Positions 9,764-21,077 of a DNA stretch of 64,000 bases are shown here, in pieces. Position 1 is the first letter of the stretch. Every line of letters begins with the position of its first letter. Below the pieces are notes generated by a model, which saw only the letters and a list, made by a program, of their open reading frames with translations, had not been told where the DNA came from and made no database searches. The translations under genes were made by a program, and so were the position numbers. Origin of the DNA: an uncultured Gemmatimonadales bacterium (GTDB lineage Bacteria > Gemmatimonadota > Gemmatimonadetes > Palauibacterales > Palauibacteraceae); assembly GCA_963783385.1 (NCBI GenBank), contig CAWANJ010000009.1, positions 32,001 through 96,000 of the forward strand. Direction: 5' to 3'.

Positions 9764-10579
9764 ATGACCCGACCCGCCTTCGACCCGTCTCTGGCCCTAC
9801 AGATCGCCCGGAACTACGAGCGCTGGTTCGTCCCCTCCATCGGCGCCCCGGTGGCCGAGGACCTGGTGCGCTCCGCGGCCCTGCGCGCGGGCGAGCGTGT
9901 GCTGGACGTCGCCTGCGGCACCGGCGTGGTGGCGCGGCTAGCGGCGGAGAGGGTCGCGCCGGGCGGAACCGTGACCGGGCTCGATCCGAACCCGGCCATG
10001 CTGTCGGTGGCCCGGGGCGCGGCGCCCCCCGGGACGGTCCTGGCATGGGTCCGGGCGCCCGCCGAGGCGATCCCGTTCCCGGACGGGAGCTTCGACGTCG
10101 CCCTGTGCGGCATGGGGCTCCAGTTCTTCGGAGACAGGGTGGCGGGCCTGCGGGAGATCCGGCGCGTCCTGGAGGACGGAGGCCGACTGGTCGCGAGCCT
10201 GCCCGGGCCCGAGCCGCTCCCGTTCGAGCTCATGGCCCGGAGCTTCGAGCGCTGGATCGGCCCCGAGGCGGTCTCCTTCGTCCACGCCGTGTTCTCGCTG
10301 CACGACGCCGGGGAGATCCGGGAGCTGGCCAGCGGGGCCGGGTTCACGGGGATCGAAGTGGAGAAGTCCGAGCTGGCGCTGGGTCCGGCGCCGCCGGCAG
10401 AGCTCCTGTGGCGGTACGTCGAGAGCACGCCGCTCGCCGCCGCCGTGGCCGGCGCGGACGAGGAGCTCCGGCAGGCCCTGGAGCGCGACTTCGTGAGCCG
10501 CTGCGAGCCCCTCACGGAGGACACCGGCGGTGCGCTGGCCGGGGCCGTGACCATGACCACGCTGATCGCGAGGGCCTAG
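9764..10579 (+). CDS. Class I SAM-dependent methyltransferase
   Basis: VLDVACGTG, GLDPNPAML, PFPDGSFDV; RBS GAGGAGG upstream. Confidence 0.9.
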   Translation: MTRPAFDPSLALQIARNYERWFVPSIGAPVAEDLVRSAALRAGERVLDVACGTGVVARLAAERVAPGGTVTGLDPNPAMLSVARGAAPPGTVLAWVRAPAEAIPFPDGSFDVALCGMGLQFFGDRVAGLREIRRVLEDGGRLVASLPGPEPLPFELMARSFERWIGPEAVSFVHAVFSLHDAGEIRELASGAGFTGIEVEKSELALGPAPPAELLWRYVESTPLAAAVAGADEELRQALERDFVSRCEPLTEDTGGALAGAVTMTTLIARA

Positions 10580-10664
10580 CCGGGACCGGGCTCGCCGTGG
10601 TCCCCCGGCACGGCCAGCGGTAGCTTCGGGAAGCGCATCCGCCCACCTCTTCCCGGAGGCCATC

Positions 10665-13322
10665 ATGATCCGACGCTCCCTCGCGGGCCGCGGGTTCCGG
10701 CTCGGCGCTCTCCTCCTGATCGGAACCTTCGGCGTGGCGGGCCCCGGCCGTCCGGCCCGTGCCCAGGACACGGCGACCGTTCAATCCGATTCCATGGTCC
10801 TGGCTTCGGAGACCTACCTCACGCCCCCCGAGGGGATCGCGAAGCTGGTCAAGGCGCCGTGGTGGAAGAACACGACGCTGGCCTACCCGAGCCCGGACCG
10901 GACCCACTTCGTGAGGCTGGAGAGCGAGGGGATGCCGTCCCTGGCCTCCTTCGCGCGGCCACACCTCAACCTGGGCGGGCTGCAGATCGATCCGGCCGCG
11001 AACCGCGCGCGGGCGCTGACCACGCGGGCGGCTACCGGCCTCGATCTCGTCGACCTGCAGGGGCGGGTGACCCGGGTGGAGCTGCCCTCCGGGGCCACCG
11101 TGTCCGATCCGGCCTGGTCGCCCGACGGCTCGCGCATCGCCTTCCTGGCGCACGCCGACCGGGCCACGCACGTGTACGTGGCCGACGTGGCGAGCGGCCG
11201 AGCCCGGGAGGTGTCGAGCGCGCCCGTCCTGGCCACGCTCACCACCTCGCTGGAGTGGCTGCCCGACGGGAGCGGCCTGGTGACGGTGCTCGTCCCGGCC
11301 GATCGGGGCGCGCCCCCGCCCGACCCGAAGGTGGCGACCTCGCCCGAGGTGCGGCTCACCCAGGCCGGCAAGAACCGGATGTGGACCTATCCGACCCTCC
11401 TCCAGACGCCGCACGACAAGGCGCTGCTGGCCTACTACACGACCGGTCAGCTGGCCGTGCTGGGGGTCGACGGCGGGGGCGTGCGGCGAATCGGGTCCCC
11501 GGCCATGATCGAGAGCTTCGACGCGGGGATGGGCGGGAAGTACTTCCTGGTCTCGGTCATGACGCGGCCTTTCTCCTACCTGGTGCCGGTGGGGCAGTTC
11601 GGGAAGAAGCAGGAGATCTGGGACGCGCGCGGCAAGGTGCTGGCGACCCTGACCACCACGCCGCTCGACACCGGGATCGAGCCGGATTCGGCCACCCGTG
11701 CGAAGCGGGAGATGGAGCCCCGCGATCCCACCTGGAGGCCGGACGGGGCGGGGCTCAGCTTCCTGGAGCTCGCTCCCGAGAAGGCCGAGTCGGACACGGG
11801 AGGGGCGCGCTCCGGCGGTGAGGCGGTCTCGCGCGGCCGGCGCGGGGACCGCGTGATGCTGTGGGCCCCGCCCTTCGACAGCGCCAGCCTGCACGCGGTA
11901 TTCGAGGCGCACGCCCGCATGACGGACGTGAACTACACCTCCGACCCCGACCTCATGCTGGTGACCGAGGGGAGCACCCGGCAGGGGCGTCCCCGGTTCG
12001 CGCCGAACGAAGGGGAAGGGCGTGGCGGGAAGGTGTACGCCGTCTACCTGAGCCGCGCCGACACGACGTACCCGATCGCCACCTACAAGGCGGGGGACTT
12101 CTATGGGCACCCGGGCACGCTCGTCACCCGCGGGGCGCCGCCTCGCCTTGGGGGCTACTACGCCCCGCGCGGGAGCGCCCACCAGCCCATTCTGGCGCAG
12201 CTATCCTCGGACGGCGGCAGCGTGTTCCTGGAGGGGACGCTGTACTCGAAGCAGCCCCTCGAGACGGGGCCGCGTCCGTTCATCGACCGGGTGGAGATCG
12301 CGACGGGGAAGAAGACGCGCGTGTACGAGGCGCCCGCCGGCTACACGTACGAAGACGTGGTGGCCGTGCTCGACGACGACGCCACGCGGCTGGTGGTGTC
12401 CCGGGAGTCGGCCACGAAGGTCCCGGACTTCTACCTGCGGGACGTCGGAAGCGGGAAGCTCACCGCCCTCACCCACAACACGGACTACGCCCCGGAGGTC
12501 ACCCACGCGCCCACCCGGGTCCTGACCGTGAAGCGGCTGGACGGGTTCGACCTGCGCCTGAAGGTCACCTTCCCGCCCGGCTACCACGGCGGTAGCCGGC
12601 TGCCGGCGCTCCTGTGGTTCTACCCGATGGAGTACACCGGCCAGGAGTCCTACGACGAGAGCAACCGGGATTACAACAAGAACGCCTTCTCCCGCCTGGG
12701 CGTGCGCTCCATGGTCTACTTCGTCGAGCTCGGATACGCGGTGGTCGAGCCCGACGCCCCCATCATCGGCGACGCGGGGGAGATGAACGACCACTACGTG
12801 AACGACCTCCGGAACGACCTGGCGGCCGTCGTCGACGAGCTGGACCGGGACGGGTACATCGACCGGCAGCGGCTGGCCGTGGGCGGACACAGCTACGGGG
12901 CCTTCTCGACGGCCAACGCACTGGTGCACACGCCCTTCTTCAAGGCGGGCATTGCGGGGGACGGGGACTACAACCGGACGCTGACGCCCTTCCGGTTCCA
13001 GACCGAGAGGCGCAACATCTGGGAGGACTTCGACCTCTACCACGCCATGTCCCCGCTGTTCTTCGCCGACCAGCTCAACGGCGCGCTCCTCATGTACCAC
13101 GGGCTCGCCGACCAGAACCCGGGCACCTTCCCGATCCACTCCAAGCGGATGTTCGACGCGCTGAACTACCTGGGGAAGACGGCGGCCCTGTACTACTACC
13201 CGTACGAGAACCACGGGCCGGCCACCCGGTCCACGATCCTGGACCTGTGGTCGCGGTGGGCGGCGTGGCTGGACCTGCACGTGAAGCACGCCCGGGTGGA
13301 GCCGGCCCGGCGGGTGCCGTGA
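10665..13322 (+). CDS. S9 family (prolyl oligopeptidase-like) secreted peptidase
   Basis: Signal peptide, WSPDG propeller repeats, GGHSYGAF nucleophile, [28 protein letters not shown]. Confidence 0.92.
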   Translation: MIRRSLAGRGFRLGALLLIGTFGVAGPGRPARAQDTATVQSDSMVLASETYLTPPEGIAKLVKAPWWKNTTLAYPSPDRTHFVRLESEGMPSLASFARPHLNLGGLQIDPAANRARALTTRAATGLDLVDLQGRVTRVELPSGATVSDPAWSPDGSRIAFLAHADRATHVYVADVASGRAREVSSAPVLATLTTSLEWLPDGSGLVTVLVPADRGAPPPDPKVATSPEVRLTQAGKNRMWTYPTLLQTPHDKALLAYYTTGQLAVLGVDGGGVRRIGSPAMIESFDAGMGGKYFLVSVMTRPFSYLVPVGQFGKKQEIWDARGKVLATLTTTPLDTGIEPDSATRAKREMEPRDPTWRPDGAGLSFLELAPEKAESDTGGARSGGEAVSRGRRGDRVMLWAPPFDSASLHAVFEAHARMTDVNYTSDPDLMLVTEGSTRQGRPRFAPNEGEGRGGKVYAVYLSRADTTYPIATYKAGDFYGHPGTLVTRGAPPRLGGYYAPRGSAHQPILAQLSSDGGSVFLEGTLYSKQPLETGPRPFIDRVEIATGKKTRVYEAPAGYTYEDVVAVLDDDATRLVVSRESATKVPDFYLRDVGSGKLTALTHNTDYAPEVTHAPTRVLTVKRLDGFDLRLKVTFPPGYHGGSRLPALLWFYPMEYTGQESYDESNRDYNKNAFSRLGVRSMVYFVELGYAVVEPDAPIIGDAGEMNDHYVNDLRNDLAAVVDELDRDGYIDRQRLAVGGHSYGAFSTANALVHTPFFKAGIAGDGDYNRTLTPFRFQTERRNIWEDFDLYHAMSPLFFADQLNGALLMYHGLADQNPGTFPIHSKRMFDALNYLGKTAALYYYPYENHGPATRSTILDLWSRWAAWLDLHVKHARVEPARRVP

Positions 13323-13371
13323 GGGCGGGGGCGGTGAGAGCCGGTCCGCACGCCATTCGAGAGGAGGCACG

Positions 13372-13695
13372 GTGCTGATCACGACGACGAACGATCTTCC
13401 CGGTTACGACATCGAGGAGGTGTACGGCGAGGTGTTCGGGCTCACGGTCCGCTCACGGAACCTGGGGTCCCAGATCGGCTCGGCCCTCAAGTCCATGGTG
13501 GGCGGGGAGCTCAAGGGGCTGACGAAGGCGCTGGCCGACAGCCGGGAGCAGGTGATCGGGAGGATGGTCGAAGAAGCGCAGGAGAAGGGGGCGAACGCGG
13601 TCGTCGCCATGCGCTTCGACACCTCGGAGCTGGGCAGTATGTGGACGGAGATCTGCGCCTACGGCACGGCAGTGCGGGTGCGCAAGAAGTTCTGA
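13372..13695 (+). CDS. YbjQ/UPF0145 family protein
   Basis: MLITTTNDLPG, GGELKG, GANAVVAMRFD, EICAYGTAV. Confidence 0.93.
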   Translation: MLITTTNDLPGYDIEEVYGEVFGLTVRSRNLGSQIGSALKSMVGGELKGLTKALADSREQVIGRMVEEAQEKGANAVVAMRFDTSELGSMWTEICAYGTAVRVRKKF

Positions 13696-13699
13696 CATC

Positions 13700-13856
13700 C
13701 CCTCGGACGACCGCTCCACCGGCGCCGAAGCGCCTCGAAAGCCTCGAGGTCGCTGAAGCGGCGGACGACATCCTGGTCGGCGGGGCTCTTCCCGGCGGAG
13801 CTCCGGGTTCGCGGCACGTCCTGCCGGCGTGCCTCCGCCTTCGACCCGGCGCTCAT
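13700..13856 (-). pseudogene. Possible N-terminal remnant of a CelD/BcsL-like GNAT gene
   Basis: ATG overlaps the DinB-family stop (ATGA). DVVRRFSDLEAFEALRRRW resembles such N-termini, then the frame runs into the convergent ybjQ-family gene. Confidence 0.3.
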
Positions 13857-14377
13857 GCGTCCAGCGGCACGCCGTAGTCGCGCACCAGCCCCCGCCGGTG
13901 CCAGATCTCGTGGCCGGCAATGATCCACGCACAGGCGCGCACGCTGATCGGGCTGTCGCTGGCGACTCCGGCGCGGGTCCATGCCTCCTCATCGTAGCCG
14001 CCGAGCAGAGCGATCGTGGCGCGGCGGAGCGCCGCCCACTCCTCCCGGAGCTCGCCCAGCGGCCGGCCGCCGGCGTTCGAGACTTCGGCCCACTCGTTCT
14101 GGTCCATGGACGGCATCCGGCTCCCGGCCGCGCGCGCGAACCACAGCGAGCGGAACGCGAACACGCGCTCCGTGTCGATCAGATGACCGACGACCTGGCG
14201 GACGCTCCACTTGCCGGGGGCGTAGCAGTACGTCTCGCGGTCGGGAGGCACGGACGCCAGCAGCGCCTGCGTTTCTTCCATCTGGGTTTTGAGCGTCCGC
14301 ACCACGTCTCCCTCGGGGACGAGGTCAATGTAGCGGGAGTAGTAGGCGGCGTGCTCGGACGGGTCTGGGCGCGACAT
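13853..14377 (-). CDS. DinB family protein
   Basis: YAPGKWSVRQVVGHLIDTERVF, IIAGHEIWH. Confidence 0.9.
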   Translation of the reverse strand: MSRPDPSEHAAYYSRYIDLVPEGDVVRTLKTQMEETQALLASVPPDRETYCYAPGKWSVRQVVGHLIDTERVFAFRSLWFARAAGSRMPSMDQNEWAEVSNAGGRPLGELREEWAALRRATIALLGGYDEEAWTRAGVASDSPISVRACAWIIAGHEIWHRRGLVRDYGVPLDA

Positions 14378-14460
14378 GGCCGTGGCCTCCGGTGTAGGTT
14401 GGGTGGAAGTGTAAGAGCGGGCGCACCGTCCGTGAAGGGACCCGCTCCGCGAAGCCGACA

Positions 14461-15420
14461 TTGGAGGATTCCCGCCCGGTGAACAGACGCCTCCTGCTCA
14501 CGGCCGTCGCTCTCCTGGTGGCCGCCGGCCTGGCCGTCGCCGCGTGGCTGTGGAGACCCGGACCACCGCCTCCGGGACCGGAGGCGGGGGCCGGCCCGAT
14601 GCGGCCCATCGCCACGGCGCACTACCGGTGCGACGGCGGCCGGACGATCGACGCCGCGTTCTACCGGGGTTCGGACACCGCCGCGCCCGAGCCCGGAGCG
14701 CCGCCCGCGCCGGGCGGCAGCGTCCACCTCGATCTCAGCGATGGCCGGGCCCCGACCCTGCACCAGACGATCTCCGCCGACGGGGCGCGCTATTCCGACG
14801 GCGACCCCTCGGTCCGGGGGAGCGAGGCGCTGGTCTTCTGGTCGAAGGGGAACGGCGCGCTCGTGCTCGAGCACGACGTCCAGAAGCGCTACATGGGCTG
14901 CGTCCGGGTCGCGGACGATCCGGGCGGCCTGCCGCGGGTGTTCGCGAGCGGCTCCGGCGGGTTCTCGATCCGCTATCCGGCGGACTGGACCGTCGATACC
15001 ACGTATCGATATACGGCGCTCGGGCCGGGTCGGGCCATCGCGGGCGTCTCGTTCACCGTGCCCGGCTCGCTCGCCGCGGGCACCAACCTGTCGGCCGGCA
15101 GCTACCTGAGCGTGGAGGACATCCCGGGATCGGATCACTGCACGGCGGACCGGTTCCTCGGGGAGGGGGTGCGCGATTCGGTGCGGACGGTGGGCGGCGC
15201 GGAGTACTCGGTCGCCCGCCGGACGGAGGCGGCGGTGGGAAACCGCTACGGGGAGGCGGTCTACGCGATCCCCGGGACGAATCCGTGCATCGCGGTCCGC
15301 TATTTCATCCACTGGACCGTGCTCGAGAACTACCCGCCGGGCGCCGTGCGCGCGTTCGACGAGCGGGGGCTCACCGACGCCTTGGACGCGATGCGGCGCA
15401 CGCTCGTCGTCGTCAGGTGA
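14461..15420 (+). CDS. Membrane-anchored MliC/PliC lysozyme-inhibitor domain protein with a second C-terminal domain (start may be GTG 14479)
   Basis: N-terminal TM; YRCDGG, TLHQTISADGARYS, LVFWSKGNGA, C-terminal Cys; then FSIRYPADW domain. Confidence 0.8.
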   Translation: MEDSRPVNRRLLLTAVALLVAAGLAVAAWLWRPGPPPPGPEAGAGPMRPIATAHYRCDGGRTIDAAFYRGSDTAAPEPGAPPAPGGSVHLDLSDGRAPTLHQTISADGARYSDGDPSVRGSEALVFWSKGNGALVLEHDVQKRYMGCVRVADDPGGLPRVFASGSGGFSIRYPADWTVDTTYRYTALGPGRAIAGVSFTVPGSLAAGTNLSAGSYLSVEDIPGSDHCTADRFLGEGVRDSVRTVGGAEYSVARRTEAAVGNRYGEAVYAIPGTNPCIAVRYFIHWTVLENYPPGAVRAFDERGLTDALDAMRRTLVVVR

Positions 15421-15608
15421 CCGGGGTCGAGCTCACGTTTCTGGCGGGGCTCCATGGCGGAGAAGGACGCCGGGGCCCTGGAGGAGGCCGTCGGCGCGCT
15501 GCGGTCCCGCTGGCGATGATCGCCGCCGACGTGAGGCTCGAGCTCGAGAAGGCCGGGGCTTCGATCGGGTTGGCCGACTTCCTGATCGCGGGCGTCTGCC
15601 CGATCGCC
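15417..15608 (+). pseudogene. Remnant of a PIN-domain (VapC-like) toxin gene
   Basis: AADVRLELEKAGASIGLADFLIAGVC (15522-15599) matches the VapC C-terminal pattern; the N-terminal LDT motif and final TxN motif are absent. Confidence 0.55.
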
Positions 15609-15609
15609 C

Positions 15610-17456
15610 CTACCGGTACCCCTTCGCCTGGAGCTCGAACAGCTCCGCGTACCGCCCCCCCAGCTCCACCAGCTCCTCGTGGCTCCCGTCCTCGGTCACC
15701 CGCCCGCCCTCCAGCACCAGGATCCGGTCGGCCATGCGGACGGTGGAGAAGCGGTGGCTGATGAGGACGGCCATCTTGACCCGCGGGTGAGGTCGCTGAA
15801 GCGGCGGAAGACCTCGTACTCGGCGCGGGCGTCCAGGGCGGCGGTGGGCTCGTCGAGGACCAGGAGCGGGCGTCGCGCATGTACGCGCGCGCCAGGGCGA
15901 TCTTCTGCCACTCGCCCCCCGAGAGGTTGGCGCCTCCCTCGAAGCGGCGGCCCGAGCACGTGGTCGTAGCGCTGCTCGAGGCGCTCGGAAATCACGTCCG
16001 GCGGCCAGGCTCTTCTCGGCGGAGGCCTCGATGCGCGGCTGGTCGTCCCTCGCCTCGATCTTCCCGACGGCGATGTTCTCGCGGGCGGTGAGGTCGAAGC
16101 GGAAGAAGTCCTGGAAGATCACGCCCACGGCCTGGCGCAGGGCTCGATGTCGTATTCGCGGAGGTCGACGCCGTCCAGGAGGATTCGGCCCTCGGTCGGG
16201 TCGTACAGGCGGGTGAGGAGCTTGGCGAGCGTGGTCTTGCCGGCCCCGTTCTCGCCCACGAGGGCGATCCGCTCCCCGGGGAGGATGCGAAAGGAGATGT
16301 CGCGCACGGCCCACGTCTCCGAGCCCGGGATAGCGGAAGCCCACCCCCTCGAACGCGAACCCCTCGCGGATCGGGTCCGGGAGCGGACGGCTGCCCGAGC
16401 CGGCGGCATTCTCGGCTTCGTGGCCAGGAAGTCGAACAGGTCCTGGAGGTAGAGGCCGGCCTCGAAGCTCCGGGCGATCGACATGAGGATGGAGTTGATG
16501 AGGCTCCGGCTCCGCTGGAAGGAGCCCATGAGGAACGTGAGGGTGCCGATCGTGATCGCGCCGACCACGGCCTCGTACACGATGAGGCCCACGGCTCCGT
16601 AGTAGGCCAGGGTGGAGAGGGCGGTGAGCACGGCGCCCGTCGCCGCGCGGTGCGCCGTCACCCTCCGGTTCTCGCCCACGTACTCGTCCGCCAGATCCGA
16701 GTACTTGCGGATGAAGTGGTCGGCGAGGCCGAAGAGCTTGACCTCCTTGGCGGGCCTGATCTCCGAGGTCACCCACCGGTAGTAGTCGAGCTTCCGCCGC
16801 TCCTGCGTCCACTGGAACATGAACGAGTAGGCGAGGCCCGCGTAGGCGGTCTCCCCCAGGAAGGAGGGGAGGATGGCGATGAACAGGATGAGGACGAGCC
16901 ACGGGTTGAAGGCGAGGAGCGCGGCGAGCAGCGAGAGGAGCGTGATCGCCTGCTGGCCCATGCCGAGCGTGTCGGAGAGGAGCGTGACCCGGTTCTGGGT
17001 CTGGCGGCGGGCACGCTGCATCATGTCGTGGAAGTCGGGGTCCTCGAACTGCTCGAGGTCGAGCGTCGAGGCGTGGCGCATGATGCGGACGGACATCTCG
17101 TTGGCGAACAGGTCCCCGAGCACGCTCTCCAGGAGCGCCGATGCCCGCCCGAGGAGGTCCGAGATGAGGGCCACGGCGAGCTCGAGGAGGATGAGCCGCG
17201 CCAGGTAGCCCCAGTCCGGCGCGGGGGAGCGGAGGTTCGCCACCACGCCGTCGATGACGAGCTTCCCGATCCACAGCATCACGACCGGCGTGAAAGCGGC
17301 CAGGACGCGGGCCGCCACGATCCCGGCGCCGTAGGCCGGCTTCGTGTCCCACACCATCTTCAGGAAGCGCGGCACGTGCCGGAACGCCTTGAGGCGCTCG
17401 CGCACGGGCGGCAGCGGCTCGCCCCGCCGGGTCCGGGGCTGGTAGAAGAGCTTCAC
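15610..17456 (-). CDS. ABC transporter permease/ATP-binding fusion (exporter); several frameshifts at 15770-16390
   Basis: Hydrophobic N-terminal permease domain, GENGAGKTT Walker A, LSGGEWQK signature, LDEPTAALD and ISHRFSTVR spread over different frames. Confidence 0.9.
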
Positions 17457-17560
17457 GAGGGGAATGTACGGCGGAGGGGGGGATGGTTCGACGGGGGCGG
17501 ACGATCAGGCGGGCGACGATGCCTGTCGCCGGAGCCCGGCTGGAGTCCCTAGACTGGTGG

Positions 17561-17588
17561 GGAGGTCTCGAGGGCCGGCGTGCCTTCA
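17561..17588. repeat. 28-bp intergenic repeat, copy 2
   Basis: 27/28 identical to 2091..2118. Confidence 0.85.
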
Positions 17589-17667
17589 CGCCGCATAGGT
17601 GCGATCCGTGCCGGCCCCCGGCACGGCATTCCTTCAGCGATCTCTCGACTCGGGCGGGGAGCGACGC

Positions 17668-18975
17668 ATGGATGTGACGGGGCGAGGACGGACGGCCCGC
17701 ACCGCGCGGTGGTGGGCGATCCGAAGTGGGTTTGTGGCGTTCGCGCTCGCCGGGTTCTCCCTGCTAACCTCCGGCCCCAGCCTCGCCCAGCAAGCGCCCG
17801 CCTCCCGGCGTTCCGGTACCCCTCCGTCGCCCGGGATCGGACCCGCGCGTCAGCTCGGCGTTCCCTTCCACGGGACGCCCGGCCGCAACGACGCGATCAC
17901 GGATGTCCCGGGCGTCGAGGTCGGCATGACGACGCTGATCCGGGGCGAGGGGAAGCTCGTCCGGGGGAAGGGGCCGGTGCGCACCGGGGTGACGGTCATC
18001 TTCCCCCTCGGGAAGGACGCGGTCGAGGGCGTGGCGGCGGGCCGCGCCGTGTTCAACGGGACGGGCGAGTTCACCGGCATGGAGATCGTCGACGAGACGG
18101 GGCTCCTGTTCGGGCCGGTGGCGCTCACGGGGACGGGCAACATCGCCGTGGTCCGCCAGGCGATCATCGACTGGAGCACGAGGCCGGGCTTCCTGCCCCC
18201 GCGCGAGTGGATCGCCCGGCTGCTGCCCGCGGTCGGGGAGACGCTGGACCTGGGCCTGAACGACGTGTTCGGGCACCCGATGATCCCCGAGGACGTGTTT
18301 ACGGCCCTGGACGGCGCCTCCGGCGGGCCGGTGGCCCAGGGGAACGTGGGCGGCGGGACCGGGATGGTCTCCTATGGCTTCAAGGGTGGCACGGGCACGG
18401 CCTCTCGGATCGTCCGGGTCGGGGGGAGGAGCTACGTGGTGGGCGTCCTCATCCAGGCCAACAACGGCGCGCGCCGGAGCCTCACGATCGCGGGCGTGCC
18501 GGTGGGCCGGGAGATCACCGACCTCCGGCCCCGGTTCGAGGGTCCCCGCCTGGGGGACACGACGGCCACCGGCGGGATCGTCAAGCACTCCCTCCTCGTC
18601 GTGATCGGCACGAACGCCCCGCTCGTCCCACACCAGCTCCGCCGCCTGGCCCGGCGGGCGGGCGTGGGGAGCGCGCGCCTGGGGAGCTTCGGCGGGAACC
18701 TCTCCGGGGACTTCGCGATCGCCTTCTCGACGGCGGCCCGCTTCGACGACCGCGGCACGCCTGTCACGGCGACGGTCCTGGACGACTGGAACGAGACGGC
18801 CATGAACGCGCTGTTCGAGGGAGCGGCGCAGGCCACCGAGGAGGCCGAAGTGAACGCGCTCGTGGCCGCACGCACCATGACGGGAGCCGACGGCAGCACG
18901 GTGTACGCCCTCCCGCACGACCGGCTGGTGGCGCTGCTCGAGAAGTACGGGAGGTACAGCCCGCCGGAGCGGTGA
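17668..18975 (+). CDS. P1 family peptidase (DmpA L-aminopeptidase/D-amidase-like), secreted
   Basis: NDAITDVPGVEVG, VRTGVT, GNVGGGTGM..GFKGGTGTASR, SGDFAIAFST, ATEEA. Confidence 0.92.
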   Translation: MDVTGRGRTARTARWWAIRSGFVAFALAGFSLLTSGPSLAQQAPASRRSGTPPSPGIGPARQLGVPFHGTPGRNDAITDVPGVEVGMTTLIRGEGKLVRGKGPVRTGVTVIFPLGKDAVEGVAAGRAVFNGTGEFTGMEIVDETGLLFGPVALTGTGNIAVVRQAIIDWSTRPGFLPPREWIARLLPAVGETLDLGLNDVFGHPMIPEDVFTALDGASGGPVAQGNVGGGTGMVSYGFKGGTGTASRIVRVGGRSYVVGVLIQANNGARRSLTIAGVPVGREITDLRPRFEGPRLGDTTATGGIVKHSLLVVIGTNAPLVPHQLRRLARRAGVGSARLGSFGGNLSGDFAIAFSTAARFDDRGTPVTATVLDDWNETAMNALFEGAAQATEEAEVNALVAARTMTGADGSTVYALPHDRLVALLEKYGRYSPPER

Positions 18976-19517
18976 GCCCTCCCGCGGGACCGCGTCGGCG
19001 GGCTTCCGCGATCCTCGCAAGGTCCTTTGCATTATGCGCGTGGAAAGACCCGAGCCTCGGGGAGTTCCGCGGGGACGCTTCTGTAACAATCGTTGCCGTA
19101 ATATGCTACTGAATAAGGACTTAGACATTGCAGCGATGAGAACCGGCATCCTCGGCCCCTTACCTGCCAGACGATCAGCCCGAGCGAACGGTCGATCTAC
19201 GGATCGCCGAACCGCCGGACGGGGTGGCAGAGGGTCGAAGCTGGGGTCACCACTAATCCCAGACTCGAGGCCGACAGCACCCTCTTCCACTCCCGTCCGG
19301 GCGGTCTTCGCTCGAACTTCCGCACCGCCGATCTCGCGGCTCGCGCATCCCGCTCACCGTCTCGCTCGCACGCCGGGACCTCCGCGTCTTGCGCTCGCCG
19401 GGCCGCCCTGCCGACACTCCGGAACCAGGTGGCCGAAGAGGCCGAACCGGACGTGCTCGTGGCGGCGCACGCCGTCACGGGAGCGACTTGATGACCCCCT
19501 ACTCCGGAGAGTGCGCG

Positions 19518-20033
19518 ATGCGGCTTTTTCTCGGCTTCCTGCTCGGTTCGCTGCTCCTCGTCGCCGCGCCGCCCGCTCGAGGCGCAGGTCCCGGGCTCCA
19601 CGCGGGACTCGGTGGCGAGCGTGCTCGACGACTTCCACGATGCTGCCTCGCACGCCGACTACCGGCGCTACTTCTCGCACTTCGCCCAGGAGGCGGTGTT
19701 CATCGGCACCGACGCCACCGAGCGCTGGACGGTGCAGGAGTTCCGGGTGTACGCGAAGCGCCGCTTCGACGCGGGCGACGGCTGGACCTACGTGCCCCGC
19801 GTCCGGCACGTGTACATGTCGCCGAGCGGGAACACGGCCTGGTTCGACGAGATCCTGGACAACGAGCACTACGGCGAGACGCGGAGCACGGGGGTCCTGA
19901 TCCGCGAAGACGGCGCCTGGAAGATCGCCCAGTACCACCTGACCATCCCCATTCCGAACGACCTGGCGGACCGGGTGGTGGCGATGATCCGGGAGGATGC
20001 GAAGCGGGAGCGGCGAAGAGTGGGGGACGCTGA
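19518..20033 (+). CDS. SnoaL-like (NTF2 family) secreted protein; frameshift near 19590; 3' end approximate
   Basis: Signal peptide, then LDDFHDAAS..YF..FIGTDATERW, AWFDE.L, WKIAQYHL. Confidence 0.8.
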   Translation: MRLFLGFLLGSLLLVAAPPARGAGPGLHAGLGGERARRLPRCCLARRLPALLLALRPGGGVHRHRRHRALDGAGVPGVREAPLRRGRRLDLRAPRPARVHVAEREHGLVRRDPGQRALRRDAEHGGPDPRRRRLEDRPVPPDHPHSERPGGPGGGDDPGGCEAGAAKSGGR

Positions 20034-20047
20034 GGCCGGATCCGGCC

Positions 20048-21077
20048 GTGAGTCCCGGAGGGAAGCCGGCGGGGCGAGAATCCCCTGGAGCGCCTGGTGC
20101 GCGACCAGGGCTTCTTCGTGCTGGACGGCGGCCTGGCCACCACGCTGGAGGCGCGGGGCCTCGACCTGGACGATCCTCTGTGGTCCGCCAGGGTCCTGCT
20201 GGAGGCCCCGGAGGCGATTCGGCAGGCGCACCTGGACTTTCTGGCGGCGGGGGCGGACTGCATCGTGACCTCGAGCTATCAGGCGACCCTCGAGGGCTTC
20301 CGGCGGCGCGGCCTGAGCGAGCCCGAGGCCGGGGAGCTGCTCCGCCGGTCCGTGCGGCTCGGGCTGGAGGCGCGCGACGCCTTCTGGAGCGAGCCCCGAA
20401 ACCGCGCAGGGCCGGCTCCGTCCGCTGGTGGCGGCCAGCGTGGGACCCTTACGGCGCTTCCTGGCGGACGGCTCCGAGTACGCGGGCGACTACGACCTGG
20501 ACGACGAGGGACTGTACGCGTTCCACCGGCCCCGGTGGCGGATCCTCGCCGAGGCCGGGGCCGACCTCCTGGCCTGCGAGACCCTGCCCTCCCGGCGTGA
20601 GGCCCGGGCGCTCCTCCGCCTGCTGGAGGAGTCTCCGGGGACGTGGGCCTGGATGAGCTTCAGCCTGCAGCGACGGCACCCGGATCAGCCGACGGCGAGC
20701 CGGTTCGAGGACGCGGTCCGCGAGTGCGACGCGGCGGCGGGCGTGGCCGCGGTCGGGGTGAACTGCACGGCCCCGTCCCACGTCGCGGGCCTCCTCCGCG
20801 CTGCGCGACGGGTCACGGATCGCCCGCTCCTCGCCTATCCGAATTCCGGGGAAAGGTGGGACGGGGTCCGGAAGGCGTGGTCGGAGGATCCGACGGCCCT
20901 CGACTGGGCCGCCGCGACCCTGGAATGGCGCGGAGGCGGGAGCCGCCGGGATCGGCGGGTGCTGCCGGGTCGCGGCCGGAGGACATCACCCGGGTGCGAG
21001 GCGCGCTCTCCCTCACAGCCCCGCCAGCCACTCGTCGTCCGAGCCCTGCACCAGGTCCTCGAACAGGTAGGTGCTGA
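20048..21077 (+). CDS. mmuM: Homocysteine S-methyltransferase; multiple frameshifts; ends approximate
   Basis: [58 protein letters not shown]. Confidence 0.88.

Noticed and set aside
13746-15808. 20-bp identity GAGGTCGCTGAAGCGGCGGA at ~13746 and ~15789
   Set aside because: Both encode RRFSDL with preferred codons, one inside the intact ABC domain; no sign of rearrangement, so probably coincidence.
17545-17590. tRNA 3' end or attachment site (minus strand reads ...CCTCCCCACCA)
   Set aside because: No T-loop GTTCRA motif or cloverleaf, and the CCA is absent from the other copy of the repeat.
19518-21077. SnoaL-MmuM fusion protein
   Set aside because: The apparent read-through depends on uncertain indels; a signal-peptide protein fused to a cytoplasmic enzyme is implausible.
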